From Octopus vulgaris (lineage: Eukaryota), in assembly GCA_951406725.2 (NCBI GenBank), contig OX597815.1, positions 124,992,001 to 125,056,000 of the forward strand: 64,000 nucleotides of DNA, in the 5' to 3' direction. This document shows, one piece after another, positions 1-13,437 of the stretch. How positions within the stretch are numbered: the stretch's first letter is position 1; every line of letters begins with the position of its first letter. The position numbers and the translations under genes are program-made. The notes beneath the pieces are model-generated. The model was not told the origin of the DNA and ran no database searches. It was given only the letters and a program-made list of their open reading frames with translations.

Positions 1-42
<42 letters not shown>
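1..42. repeat. (AT)n microsatellite
   Basis: Direct: perfect AT dinucleotide run at the window start. Confidence 0.98.
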
Positions 43-45
<3 letters not shown>

Positions 46-167
46 AGAGTATTGTAGTTTGGTTGAAGCATTGTGTATTGTTCGTAAAAAATAATGTCTT
101 GAATGACACAACAATGCCCTATAATACAAACAATGGACGAAAATAACTGTTGTAATTTAATCAGCCA

Positions 168-212
168 TAGTCTGATATATCTCGGAATATAAAAATTCCT
201 TCCTCAGATATC
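168..212 (-). ncRNA. Degenerate minimal hammerhead ribozyme motif in an inverted pLTR-like segment upstream of a PLE RT
   Basis: Minus strand reads CTGAGGA-A-GGAAT-ttttat-ATTCC-GAGA-TAT-ATC. Core and stem II are present, GAAA is mutated to GAGA, and stem I is poor. Confidence 0.5.
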
Positions 213-429
213 CCTAGGAATTGATCGAGTCACTGCTATAATCGGTTTTGCAAGATTTAAAAAAAAATTTTCGGAAGTGTCTCTGCAGTGGTCTCACGAG
301 GCTCCTTCCGGAATTCCTCATGAGAAGTGCGTGATGGCGCCCATATTTCAACATAAAGCATTGACAAAACTAAAAAAACAAAAACCTTTACTTAGCATCA
401 TATAAAGGGAAAGAAATATGCGTGATATC

Positions 430-1470
430 TTGTGAAATATATGATAGACACTAGAACATTTAAGCAATGACAGACTATATTCTGAAGTGACAGATACAAC
501 CACGACCAGGATTGAGAACCGAATTAACACTGCATAGACTGACATTTGTAGACGGAGACAACTACATAACAAATACAAGAACAACTTCATCCCAAAGAAC
601 AGCAGATTATCCAGATTCTATCACCTCATTAAAATACACAAGGATAGCAACACGATCCGGATTAGAACCATCGTCTCCAGTGTAGAAGGACTTCTATATA
701 AAATATCCTGGCTACTTTCTCACATCCTGAAACCCATACTCTTCACCTTTCCTGGACACGTCAAGAACTCTGATGAAGTCATCAAAAGACTGCGCCGACT
801 TCCCCCAGACCAACTCAGGCAAAACAGATATGCATTTAGTTTTGGCGTTGTCTCAATGTACATAATGGTACCAGCACACTCGGCGGTCAACCTATTGACT
901 GACTGCATAGTAGCGTCCGACATCCACTGCTTCGGACTTACCGCAGCTGATATACATCAACTTTTGTCCGCCATCATGGACAATACCTACTTCTCTTTCC
1001 ATGACCACACATACAAACAGACAACAGGCCTCTCCTGGGATCCAGTCTCTCAGGCCTACTAGCCATCACCCATATGAACCATCTGGAACGTCGAGCACTC
1101 AACATCTGCCGCTCATGCGCCTTATTCACCAGGTACGTAGATAACATCCTCATATTCACACCCTTCCCGTGGAGTGGCTGACAGAATATTCACGACGTTC
1201 AACAACATGGACATGAGCATACAGTTCACTATAGAACATCATGACAACACTGGATCACTATCGCTACTTGACTTCCAACTGAAAATAACGGAAGAAGGAG
1301 AGTTCCACACCGAGTTCTACAGGAAAGCGGCCAGTAGAGATATGTTTGTCCAGTACAGTTCAGCACTTCCACAAAAAGAACCGGAAAAAGGAAAAAGACT
1401 TCAATTCAATCCCAAGTGCCTCAATTGGTCGCACGCCACAGGGTTCAACAGAACCTACTGAAGCAACGGA
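430..1470 (+). mobile_element. Penelope-like element reverse transcriptase remnant (frameshifted)
   Basis: Frame from 601 reads SRFYHLIKIHK..IRTIVSS..LLSHILKP..HVKNS..SFGVVSMY (SFDV.SLY motif), then NTYFSF....YKQTTGL, frameshifted RYVDNIL (YVDD motif), FTIE..LSLLD..FYRK. These are typical PLE RT motifs. Confidence 0.85.
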
Positions 1471-2809
1471 ATCTACATCTGCAGCACTATCACGGGTGAT
1501 GGCGGGTTAAGGCGTTGGAACAGCCAAGCACACTCACGGGAAATGCCTGACACATCGGTAAAGCGAACCGCCAACGATGACAAGAACTTCGCCGTTAGCG
1601 ACCCAGCCCCTCCAAACAGCTCAAACACCACGGGATGGAAGAAATGGTTCACTGACACGGTCCCGATACTTAAGGATTTTGTTCTATTCGCCTATGGAAC
1701 TCGTATATTGATTTCGATAATTAATTAAATTTTATCGTGCCCCACGGTATTGCCTAATATGTAACACATACACTGTAACTTTGTCACATTAGGCTTTTGT
1801 AATAGTTCTTGTTTATATGCTGCTAAGCATTCCCAAACGGTTCAGTGTGTGTACGTATTTATGTGAGTGTGAAGTTGTTTGCTGTTGTGAGCCTTTATTA
1901 TGTATGTGTGTGAGTGTATTTAGGTTGCGTGCACGCACGCACACACACGTATGCACAAGAAACTAATGGTTATTATGGTACTGGCGGTGGCAGAGGTAAC
2001 AGCATTGATTGTTATGGTGGTAGTGTAGTGGTAGAGGAGGAGGAGATGGCGGCGGTGATATTGGTGCTGATAATGATAAATAGAGAAAGATAGAGAGGAA
2101 GAACTGAATGAGATAACTAAACTGCAGTGACGTCACACAGCTTATCACTTCTACAATTCCTCTCTCTTTGTCTCTGTTTTTCTTCATTCCTTATTTTCAA
2201 ATCCAATGTCACCACCGCCCTCTCTACCATCATCATTACGTTAACAACCAATAGTTTCTGTCTTAGAATTCAAGTTACTTTCCTTTGCGTAAATCTCAAT
2301 TCACGAAGGTAGGAACACGAGTATTAAAACATTGAAGGGTAGGTATTCTTGTGTGTTGTCTATAATTAACTCAATGCATCTTTTCTTACAGAAGCCATAC
2401 AATGTTGTTTTTTCACCACCGTGTCGAAATGCAGTGGTGGGGGTAATACCTTGATGAAATTTTGGTGCGCTTTGTGTAGTGTCTTCTACAGAAGTGTGAA
2501 ATAATCGAGTCATTTTCGGTTATATCTTGAGGTGGTTCCAGGGCTGCATTGTTTCTTTTGTTCATTTGATATTTTATAGGTACCGCCAGCTTTTGGATTG
2601 CAAAAGCGTAATCTTCGAGTTGTCACGTGATGTAACGGTCAAAAGTTCAAGAGAGGCTGCATTTACGGAAAATCTTTTTTTTTTTTTGTATGCATGTATA
2701 TAAGTATGTGTACGTGTTTGTGTTTGCATGTACACAAAAATCTTATAAACATTCACTGCCGGCATTTCAAAATTTGAAATAATTTCCAACGGTTTGTAAT
2801 GGTTTTTAT

Positions 2810-3190
2810 TCAACCACGGTCATGCTGTAACACTGTCTGTAAAAGGTTAGTCGATCAAATCATCCTCAGTGCTTCTTTCAATATGGTACTTATATTAGCA
2901 ATCTCTTTACTGAACTATTAAGTTACGGCACATAAAGGGACGCAACATAAACAGCACCAGGTTTTAGACTGGTGTAACCATTAATATATACACACACTCG
3001 CACATAAGCACACATTAGAACACTCTCATACATAATATATTATGGTGAGCTTCCGCATAGTTTCGGTTTGCCAAATTCCGCTCAGAAATTATTAGCCAAC
3101 AAGAGTCTTTAAAAGACACTTGCTTAAAGTAGTGCGCAGAGGGTTCGAACCAATGAGCATGTCACTGCGAATCCTACTTCTTATTAACCA
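2810..3190 (-). mobile_element. Old tRNA-derived SINE (family of 48157-48549)
   Basis: Diverged match to the 48157-48549 SINE (ctttactgaactattaagttacgg; tttcggtttgccaaattcc). Confidence 0.6.
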
Positions 3191-3949
3191 TAAAGCCTCG
3201 AAATTTACTTTCCTTTCCGCTAAAACTTATTTCACATGCCCTGATAGATGCATGTAATCACATACAGACATGAGTAAATACCCATGCACACAGATAAACA
3301 AACGCGCGCACGCTTATGCCCTTAGATATACGCAGGCACATATGAAAATATTTGATCTCGGAGGAAGACTCTAAGACAAAAAGCGAAAAAGACGACAAAT
3401 AAATACAGTTTAACCCAATACTGTCTTGTTGCCATGAACCTGAACATATGGCACCTTATACGTTGTCATAGTCGGCGTGTTTATCGTTAAATTTCACAGG
3501 GGCAGAAGAGATAGAGAAGTTATTTACTCCCTTGAGATATCAGAAATGCGATGTAAAACATCTGGTTTAAAAGTGTATTTTACATTATAATAAAACATGC
3601 ATATGCTTAAATCCTTCCACTGCACCATGTAATAGATTTTTCTTAGTAAAGCTGAAATGTTTAAGTTGAAGATATGACGAATCGCAGAATCAACCAAACA
3701 CTTCAGATGCTATTAAAACATAGATAGCAAGTTTCCGTTGCATATGTCAGTATAAACGTTTACACCTATTTGTTAATGGTTTTAAGATTATTAATTACTG
3801 TCATTGTAGCAATATCTTTGCTGTAATATACAAATATGCTTCCTGTGAGTCGATTGCGAAAACCAATTACGATTTTTTGATGAAGCTATTTCAATTTACA
3901 AGCGACTTTCGAAAGGCATTCACATTAATACATATTTGTTTATCCCCAC

Positions 3950-4362
3950 TCAAATGTCGATGTTCTGTTAGAACAAATTTTCTGCGGTAGTTACCATGAG
4001 AAAATCTCTCATTTTGGCTTTTAGTGCAAAATGCACACTTGTTTATCTCGCTAGCAGGGAAATAAATCACTGCCATCACCAGCGCCGAGACCACAAGATC
4101 ACGTGCCTTTATCAGTTATGGACGCTCGCTTGCTAGAGATACTTTGAAAAAGCTATCTCTTGCGGTCGAGCGTCCATCCTTGATAAAAGCAAAGAAGATC
4201 GAAATCACGTCATCTTGTGGTCTCGGTGCTGGTGATGGCAGGGTTTTATCTCCCCACTTGCAATATAAACAAGAGTGCATTTTGCACCAAAAGCCAAAAT
4301 GAAAGATTTTCTCATGGTATCTACTGCAGTATACTTTATTTTAACAAAACATCCACGTTTAA
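3950..4362. mobile_element. Foldback/MITE-like long imperfect palindrome
   Basis: Arms 3950-4114 and 4206-4362 are reverse complements (ccatcaccagcgccgagaccacaagat / atcttgtggtctcggtgctggtgatgg). The centre also pairs (atggacgctcg / cgagcgtccat). Confidence 0.8.
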
Positions 4363-4391
4363 ATAATACCTCTCGGTATAAATACTGCCTA

Positions 4392-4629
4392 AAGCGGCGA
4401 GCTGGCAGAAACGTTAGCACGCCGGGCGAAATGCGTAGCCGTATTTCGTTTGCCGTTACGTTCTGAGTTCAAATTCCGCCGAGGTCGACTTTGTCTTTCA
4501 TCCTTTCGAGGTCGATAAATTAAGTACCAGTTACGCATTGGGGCCGATATAATCGACTTAATCCGTCTGTCTGTCCTTGTTTGTCTCCTCTGTGTTTAGC
4601 CCCTTGTGGGTAATAAAGAAATGGGTATT
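4392..4629 (+). mobile_element. tRNA-related SINE (ggcgagctggcagaa... family) with target-site duplication
   Basis: B-box-like GAGTTCAAATTCC; many copies in the window; flanked by direct repeat aatactgcct (4381-4390 / 4630-4639). Confidence 0.85.
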
Positions 4630-6092
4630 AATACTGCCTCTGTCGCTAATAGATAAATTTCTTTATGTCACTCCGTAAGCATAAGATTTCGTAATTAAGA
4701 AAGCAATGATTACAGCTTAATCTGGTGGACGTTGAAGAACAGAAATAAATACAAAACAATTTCGCGATGCAGTTTCGATTCGATTTTGAATAGTCTTTGC
4801 TTTTCATACTTCGCAAATTCACATGGATTTAGTTTCTACTATTTTACAAGTGTACTCTTGTAGTTCAGTGACTATATCGATGATAAATATTCCTAAGACA
4901 TTTTATAATTTATCTATAAACATTTTAAGCATGACGTCTTAAGGTTTAATTGATTCAAACCTTGTTTTATTTACCAAGCTTTTGTGAAAATCATAATTAT
5001 TCCAGTGCTCGACGTTAATGGGCTCATCAGGAAGGAGACACCCATTGAGCGAAATATGAGTACCTATTTCGTAATCCAACTGAAATCATCGAAACTACTT
5101 CATCTAAGGGTGCTAGTATTGTGGTGTAGTTAAGATGTTTGCTTTGTAACTACATAATTTCGCTTTCGATCTTATTGTACGGCTATGTCTTTTGCCCGAG
5201 CTTCGGATCAACCAAAGCCTTCTGAGTAAAATATTATAAACATTTGTGTAGAAACAAGTACTTATTTCTGAAAAACAGTTGCATTGTCCGAGTAGGTACG
5301 CTGTCATACTCTCTCAACTAATGGATGAATATTTGTCAGGTTACGAGGGCTCTGGCTATTTTATCAACACACAGAGTATAGCTCTAAAATGAGGCCCTGA
5401 CATCGAGGTTATATGCAGTTAAGTGTTCATCCTATTATAAAGATGAATCACTGAAACAGTTAAATTAAAGTAAAAATATTCTGAATATGCTCTACTTAAT
5501 CCTTAAAATTCTCTCTTCGTTTACCTAACAACACTACTTTCGACTTTTATCTATTAGTCCTAACATTAACTCAGTATCACTCCTCACTTGAATTCCTTCC
5601 TCGTTTTGTAGCTTACAACCAAAGTGACAACAGCACTTTTATCATTCACACTCAAGTGAAAGGCAATGGCTCGGAACTTTACATAATTCACTTCACTCAC
5701 AATTCAACTTAATGATTTCTTCAATATATTTCTCTATTGACTAATTATTGGTGATACAGACGTACACTAGTTTCCTTGCATACAGGATTCATCCCTACTC
5801 CTACTTGACTGATTTTTTCTCTTACCGTAAAATTGACACTACCGATGTTCTTTGAATAATCAAAAAAAAAAAACCTATGAAATAGAAAACCAAGGTATCT
5901 ACCTCATGTTTTAAATAGCAACGAATTTGAGTTTACCATTCTTCCTTTTAATGTTCGAGAAAATAAATACAATTAACCTAAATATGATGTGAAAAATTTT
6001 CGGAGAAAGAGAAAAAATTCGCTGAAGCAAGTCAGACACTCGGATTTACTACTGCTCCATTCTTCTGCTGTATTTGTTATGCTTTCCTCACA

Positions 6093-6446
6093 GCCGGGTT
6101 CAATCCCACTGCGTGGCACCATGGGCAAGTGTCTTCTACTATAGCTTCGGGCCGACCATAGCCTTGTGAGTGGATTTGGTAGACGGAAACTGAAAGCAGC
6201 CCATCGTATATGTGTGTGTGTGTGTGTGTACGTTTGTGTGTCTGTGTTTGTCATCCCAACATCGCTTGACAACCGATGCTGGTATTTACGTCCCCGTCAC
6301 TTAGCAGTTTGGCAAGAGAGACCGATAGAATAAGTACTAGGCTTACAAAGAATAAATCCTGGGGTCGATTTTTTCGACTAAAGGCGGTGCTCCAGCATGG
6401 CCGCAGTCAAATGACTGAAACAAAAAAAAAAAAGAATAAAAGAAAA
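6093..6446 (+). mobile_element. tRNA-derived SINE, 5'-truncated
   Basis: GGGTTCAATCCC B-box and shared body caagtgtcttctactatagc...gagtggatttggtagacggaaactgaaag. Copies at 25195, 29221, 33098, 48157 and 58406. Confidence 0.85.
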
Positions 6447-7218
6447 GAAGCAGATATTGATATACCTGTTCTATTCCCTATGAGTGATGTGTTGTCTGCC
6501 TGAAACATACTTACTGAACGCTGTTGAAATCCCGATGAGCATCCAAACCGAACTAACAGTAACATCAGCATCAAGGTAACAAGCATCGCAGAATTTCAAA
6601 ATTGGGTCAACCAGCGCAGCGTTTTGTAATATATATACCATATGTTTAAACGACAATATGCTATGTTTATAAATAACGCCACAAATGTGGAATACATACA
6701 TGTAAAGAGCATTGTAGGAAACCCTAAATATATGTCCCTAGGTCTTCGTAAATATGTAACATTTACAATTGAGGTCTACATTGGTAAGATTCCAGTTAGA
6801 CACAAGCTGAAAGCCTATATACCTAGCTGAACAAATAAATGTGTAAGATAACTTCATAAAAGTCTAGTTGGGTTTTCTTGAGAAAACAATGCCTGCCTAT
6901 CCTGGCATATGTACAGTCAACTAAACTCATTAATGTTAGTTTAAATACGAATCATGTGATAAGTCAATTTATTCAGAGTGAAATAATGGGGGAGGAGTAA
7001 AAAAAACCCAAAAAGAAGTAAATATGTCAAGAAAAAGAAATACAAGAAAAGCATTCATTTATGAGAGAAGTAATCATTGCATGTTTATAATTTTAAATGA
7101 TTATTTTATTCAAATTTTAGAATGATTAACAAACTGTGAGCAAATCCCAAACAATATATGAAGTTTAAAAAAAAAAAACATTTTTCTCTTCTCTTCAGAA
7201 TAACCAGATGTGTATATA

Positions 7219-7274
<56 letters not shown>

Positions 7275-7723
7275 CAAACATGATCGAAGAGAAATGAATC
7301 ATAGAGACTAGTGGCATATATTTGAACAACGTAGTTGAATATTGATAAAACAACGTACCAAACAGCATAAATTCCCAATTTTATTAAAATAATTTCCACC
7401 TTCAGAGAAAGTATCATAATTGCCAAATGGCAATTAAGATCAACTCAGGGAGGTATGTGGGTATTTATATTTGTTCCAAGCAGCGACTAATGATACTTTG
7501 GTTCCATTACGACATTAAAGAAAGCAATAAAAACAACAACAATCACAATATAATTAAATATTATTAGAAACTGTATTAAAAAAGTTATAATATTTTATGT
7601 ACTACAAAATTATAAGCAATTTATTGCACATAGATTTTAACAGCAAAATCTTATATGGACCCACTAGGGCCATATGGACCCCGGTTCACAATCACTGATT
7701 TATATGAATAATTTGAATAAGTT

Positions 7724-7935
7724 AAGGCGCCGCACTAGCAGAATCGTTAGCGCTCCGGATAAAATACGTTGCAGCATTTCTTCTGGCTTTAAGTTCTGAG
7801 TTCAAATAGCGCTGACATCATCGTTGTCTTTCTTCCATAAGGGGGCCAATAAAATAAGTACCTATGGAGCACTGGGGTAATTGATTACCCACCTTCTCCC
7901 AGAATTTTACACATTGTACTTATAGTAGGAAGAAA
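7724..7935 (+). mobile_element. Diverged SINE (family of 4392)
   Basis: gcagaatcgttagc...ttctgagttcaaat shared with the 4392 family. Confidence 0.6.
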
Positions 7936-8430
7936 TATTAAAATAAGTTGACATAGTGAAGAATTAATCAAGAAATTTGAAGAATAAACGTATAAAGACT
8001 ATTATTTGCATTTCGCTTCAATTCCATACTACAGCAAAGCACCTAAACCTACGAGGGAGTATCATCACATGTCAGATGAGACAGCTAAATCTTTCGAATT
8101 ACGTCATGTCAGCTTCAAAAGACATCTTTTGAATATTTTTATTTAATATAGATGCATGGAAGAAGACGGGAGAGTCGCGGCTGTAATTAGCTGGATCAGG
8201 TGTAATCTGCAACTAAATAACAATTGCACTAAGACTATCCTACAGATACATTACACTGAATTAGGCGATAGAGCCTATAGGTCACACACACACACACACA
8301 CACACATGTTCAATATCAAGAGTCAAGCTATGGTAGAAAACACTTGCCGAAAGTGCCACATCATTTGGCTAAAGTGATGTGGTTGGGATGCAAGTTTCTT
8401 GCCTCACAGCCATGTGTACGCCTATATATA

Positions 8431-8626
8431 CAAGGAGGTGGTGAAAAGTTCCTGGATTTGAGTGAAAGAAAATACAGGGGGATCCAACATATTCCCCTCT
8501 CGGATTCAAACACTTATTGCAGCAGTACTTCAGTTTTTCTAAGCCCTGTAAAAGAACGTGGGAGGTTAGGCCTCTAACCGGGCCTTTTGAGAGACCCTAA
8601 AGCCAGGAACTTTTCAGCACCCCTCG
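8431..8626. mobile_element. Tc1/mariner-type MITE
   Basis: TIRs (ggtggtgaaaagttcctgg / ccaggaacttttcagcaccc); second copy at 24918-25126. Confidence 0.75.
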
Positions 8627-8637
8627 CGTGTGTATAT

Positions 8638-8638
<1 letters not shown>

Positions 8639-8720
<82 letters not shown>
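8639..8720. repeat. (GT)n microsatellite
   Basis: Direct: long GT run. Confidence 0.95.
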
Positions 8721-8723
<3 letters not shown>

Positions 8724-9187
8724 ATGCACCATTGTTATTATTCTTGAGTTGCTTTTCTTTTCCGTAACCTAGTGATTCAACAAACAGAACGATAAAATAA
8801 CTAAAATAAATATAGCTAATACCATATATTTCACACGCACGTTTGCCTTCCAATTAGAAGTTTTCGTAAACGAAAGCAGGATCTTTCGAATTGAATGATG
8901 ACATCCGTCACTCAGTGACTGACAAGCAAGAAAGAAACGACGATCTGACGATGAGAACGATTGAAACTGCTACTAATCTAGAAATAGCAGTTGACACATT
9001 TATTCTTCAGAACACTTTTTCATCTCCACGCAGTCATACAAGCTACCCAACTAAATTACTAATTACACACTAGTCTCTTACGGAATCGGGTCACAACATT
9101 AATCTTATCTTCCGAAGTTATTCTCTTGGTTTCTTTTCTTGGACCCCTCGTGCTAAATGATATTGATTTGAAAATGACAGACTACTC

Positions 9188-9562
9188 TTACCTCCGCTAA
9201 AAGGTTATGTTTTCATCGGCGTTGGCTTGTCCGTCTGTGTGCAAAATAACTCAAAACGTGAGCGGTATTTGATGAAACTTGCCGAAAAAGTTGGTAATGA
9301 CACAAGGAACAGATGATGATGATCCGGGAATTTTTATGGATGCTTGAAGGATTTTTCATTTGTTATATTTACTTTACATGAAGTATTACAATGTTACGTT
9401 CTTTGATTATGTCCCTTGAAAACACGTTCATCGTTTCCACATAACCTATGGTGGCGTTGCTGTTTCCAGAGTTTATTTTCGTTTCTCAATAGTAATTTTA
9501 CTCGCATATCTATCTTAAAATGAGCTGCTTGGCGGAGGTCTGCGCTCTCCGAGTTTTTATAG
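9188..9562 (+). mobile_element. Helentron/HINE-like non-autonomous rolling-circle element
   Basis: Subterminal inverted repeat acctccgcta / tggcggaggt plus 3' short hairpin gcgctctccgagt; related copy at 22039-23040. Confidence 0.6.
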
Positions 9563-12477
9563 ATTTTGGACCCTTTCATCATTGTTAAATTAATCTCAGT
9601 ATTTGATCCCATAAAATTACCACTAATTAGTCAGATACACCAGGGTATTCGTCGGTTTCTTACAAGAATTATTTTATCTGTGGTACAATATTTTTTTCTC
9701 TCTGTTCGTTAACTAATATGGGTTATATATGTATGCTATTTCTTGCTAATTCTAACCTTCACAAAACATTTAGCAAAACAGTATTAACAAAATAAAAACA
9801 TACGATTGAAACCCTATATATTTTCTTTTTCAAATCCCTTTAGAAACAACGGATTTGTCTTTAATCTATTTCAAGGCACATTTAAGAAAGGAAAAAACAA
9901 AAATATACATTTAATGGTCTGTACTCTTTGTTTCAGAGGATCAAACGAAAGTCGCTTGTGTGTTGCATATATTAGATAGAAACTATAACAGCAGATAAAT
10001 ACCATTTCATTCTTACATAGCCAATGCCTATTATATCTTTTAACTAATTTGAGACAGCCTTGATAGAACCTGCAAAGTAAAGAACTGAATAGTTGTAACT
10101 AGAATTGCACGATAATTTTGCTTTTATGTTTGAAGGTTTGCATTCCAGAATTTCAGAAATTCGTCTCTTGTTCTTGCTGATTATACTTATCGTCGTTGAT
10201 CATAAGGCAGCTTACTTATCAAATGAACAGGAAGAGTGTAATGATTATTATTCTACTTTATCAGTAGCAATCCAATGTTTGAACTGTTAGATATTTCATC
10301 TCTTATATTTTAAAAGTTTATCGCTAGTTTCACGGTTGCCGAAGCAGACATTCTAAAATTAAACTTAATTTTAATCAATCGTTTGTTTATTTGTTTTAAA
10401 GTTTATTTTTGGTAAATATTGGTAGAAACTTATGTCTTTAATGTTCGAATATGCTTTAAACTAGCAATGACCGCCACAAGACTGCTCATTACATAAAGTA
10501 TTGTAGTACATAATCCCTAAATGAGATTAACAATACCTTATAGTATAGTTATTTTTCTTTATAGTCTGTTCGAATCTCACTGCGACAGACTTTTGTCAAT
10601 AAAATGTCAATAAAATAAGTATCGATCTGTACAGGGGTTGACATATGATTGATTATTGCTCTCCTTCGCAAATTGCCTTTTTAGAAATCGAAATCAGCAG
10701 TTTGATTTATTCAAAAAGTCTTTTGAATAAAATATCTTCATAACATTTTTTCTTGAAACAGAGTTAACATTTACCGATTGCTCCCACCTACTTGTGTATG
10801 TTTTAATTTATATCTTTAACTGTGTTACGGAGTTTTAATAAAACAGTTTTTTTGTTTTTACGATTAGTTATGAAGGAAGGCAATGTCTGACCCTCTGAGA
10901 CTGGTGGGAGAAAGGGAGGTAGCTTTCCTTTAACCTAGGGCAGAGACGCGGCCCAGATGCTTGCAACAGAGTGAAATTCTCTCCGAAGAGCACCTAAGTG
11001 CTAGCGTTGGTGTTAATTCCACAACGTTGCTGCATTGACTCATTAACAGCTTACCTCTTTCTCTACAGTTTACAGTGCTCTTCAGCCCAATGCTATTATG
11101 AAATGTAAACATTTTAAAGTATACATTAAAAAAATTCAGAAATTTTAATGAAAATTTCGGTAAAAATAAACAAAATAAAATAAAAGTACAATTTCAAGCT
11201 GTCTGGTGATATATTTTAGCTAAAAGAATTGTAACAGAATTGCCAGCCACAATTAAACAGAAATTTGGCACATTTTCTTTTAGATTAAGAAAAAAAACAC
11301 AACTTCCTCCCCTTCATCTTCTCCAAGTAGCGTTATCCCAGTTTTGCTCTACCTACGATTCTTTCCCATTTCAGAATTTCGGAAGAAAGAGGGTGGGAAT
11401 ACAAGCGATCTTATCAGATTTGGAGGAGTTAGCTTTTTTTAAGAGACAATGCTAGTCTTAATTGAATAAATTTAACCAAATAAATTAATATTTTGAAAAA
11501 ATGTTCAGTGAATTTATGTTTGTAGAAATATCGTTATCTCTTTATTTACTTATTTAGTTATCTTTTTTTTTCTAAATGAAAACAATAGTGAGGCGAACAA
11601 GACAGAAAGCAGTCTCACCAAAACCAGATGTGCCGAAATGTAGACAATAATGCATAGCTAACAAAAAGATAAACAGCAAAACCTTAAAAATACGGGTGTA
11701 CAAACCATTGTTTGCCACTCAGCACTAAGACCGTATTCACTTACTAAAATAACACCCAGCAAGTAATTGTGAGGTCATAACTGATTAAAGGGACGGGAAG
11801 ATATGTGAATCTCGCCAACACACTCACAGATGACGGATGCTGGCTGGTACTTAAAAGACCTATTAACTACCATTGTACTCTGACAAACTGAAGGTCGTAG
11901 AAGCGCAGAGTCAGCGTAACCATTATTATTATGATAGTAACGCTTAAGTGTTACGTGTTGTTAAGCAGATAGTATTTTCTAATGAATATTGTTGAGAATA
12001 TCTAGAATGGTTTTTATCAGTATCAAAAGAAAGGTGCTTTATCTATAAAGCTAACCAGGCGTGGAGTAGAATAGGTCTCAAGACGATAATGCAGCCATAA
12101 AGCATGAAATGTCCATTAAATTAGCCATCTGCATTCACTAAAAGGTGAGCAAGTGTGATTTATAAATATTTTCAGTTCATTCTATGTGAAAGAGTTTCAT
12201 ATAGAAAGAATTAACTCCACCACAATTGAACTTTTGTAAACTTAAAGAAAATTAATATCCGCAGCCGTCACTCGCAAGCGAGCTCCTCTTCAGCCATCCA
12301 TTTTTGATCCAGTGGAACACTGAGGTTATGATAGTTGGAGGAAGAGAGCACTCAGCTAGTACTCATTTTCAGCTGAGTGTATTGGGACAGCGTGAAATAA
12401 AGTATTTCGCTCGAGAACGCAAGGAGTCGTTCGGTTCAGGAATCGAATCCACAGCCTTAGAACTAGATTTTTAAAAC

Positions 12478-12939
12478 CGCAGTGGGTCTTTTCAATCTCA
12501 GTCACAGATTTTTTAATTATTATTATTTTTTTTTAGCTAAGCAGTTTGAAACTTCGGATACTTGTTTAATGTGCCACATAGAATACGGTTTACTTTTAAC
12601 GTTTCTGACAAAACTTTTTATTTTAGAAGTTATTTCGTGTTAAAGTTGTCGCATTTTGGTAATTTTAACCAGTCAATGACGTGTATTCAGCTGAAGAAAG
12701 TTACTGCTGTTTGCGAAAGTAATGGAAGAGCAACAACTTCCGGGTCATCGGGTCATGAGAGAGAGGTGGGAGAAAAGTATAATAGATAAGAAAAGTGGGT
12801 GAGAAAAACAAAGTTCTTTTATAGGGAATTCGTATGTGTGTGTGTGTACTTTTTTCCATCTTATCCATTGTATCCTCTCATTTATATAATGTTAGCGTGT
12901 GACATTGAGAGAGATTTGGCTGTTATTTCCAGCAAATTG

Positions 12940-12971
<32 letters not shown>

Positions 12972-13437
12972 ACGGAGAGGGTGGTGGTGTGTTGATCTGA
13001 ACGACAGCTTATATAAACTCACCAATCCCCTACCACTGCATATTAGTTTATTAAACCCTCTCTTCCTTACTTCCATTCGGGGTTTTATCAGCTTTACATA
13101 TGCATGTGTGTGATGGACAGCATGAACTGTCGTCAACTTCACATTACACACATATGTATGCAGCGTCCAAAACAGATGACCCAGATGCTGTTGCTATTCC
13201 GTTTCTTTCGCAAATAGCAGTAACTTTCTTCAGCTGAATGCACATCATTGATTGGTTAAAATTACCTAAATACAACTTTAACACGAAATAACTTCTAAAA
13301 TACAAACTTTTGTCAAAAACGTTAAGAGTAAACTGTGTTCTACGTCACACATTCAACCTGTATCCGAAGTTTCAAACTGTTTAGTTTTTAAAAAATTAAT
13401 AAAAAAATCTGTGACTGAGATTGAAAAGATCAATAGT
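12478..13437. mobile_element. Non-autonomous DNA transposon with ~240-bp terminal inverted repeats
   Basis: 12481-12720 is the reverse complement of ~13200-13436 (tcttttcaatctcagtcacagatttt / aaaatctgtgactgagattgaaaaga; cagctgaagaaagttactgct / agcagtaactttcttcagctg). Confidence 0.8.

Noticed and set aside
5004-5065. CTGATGA on the minus strand and GAAA on the plus strand near a hairpin
   Set aside because: The two core halves are on opposite strands, so no hammerhead can form.
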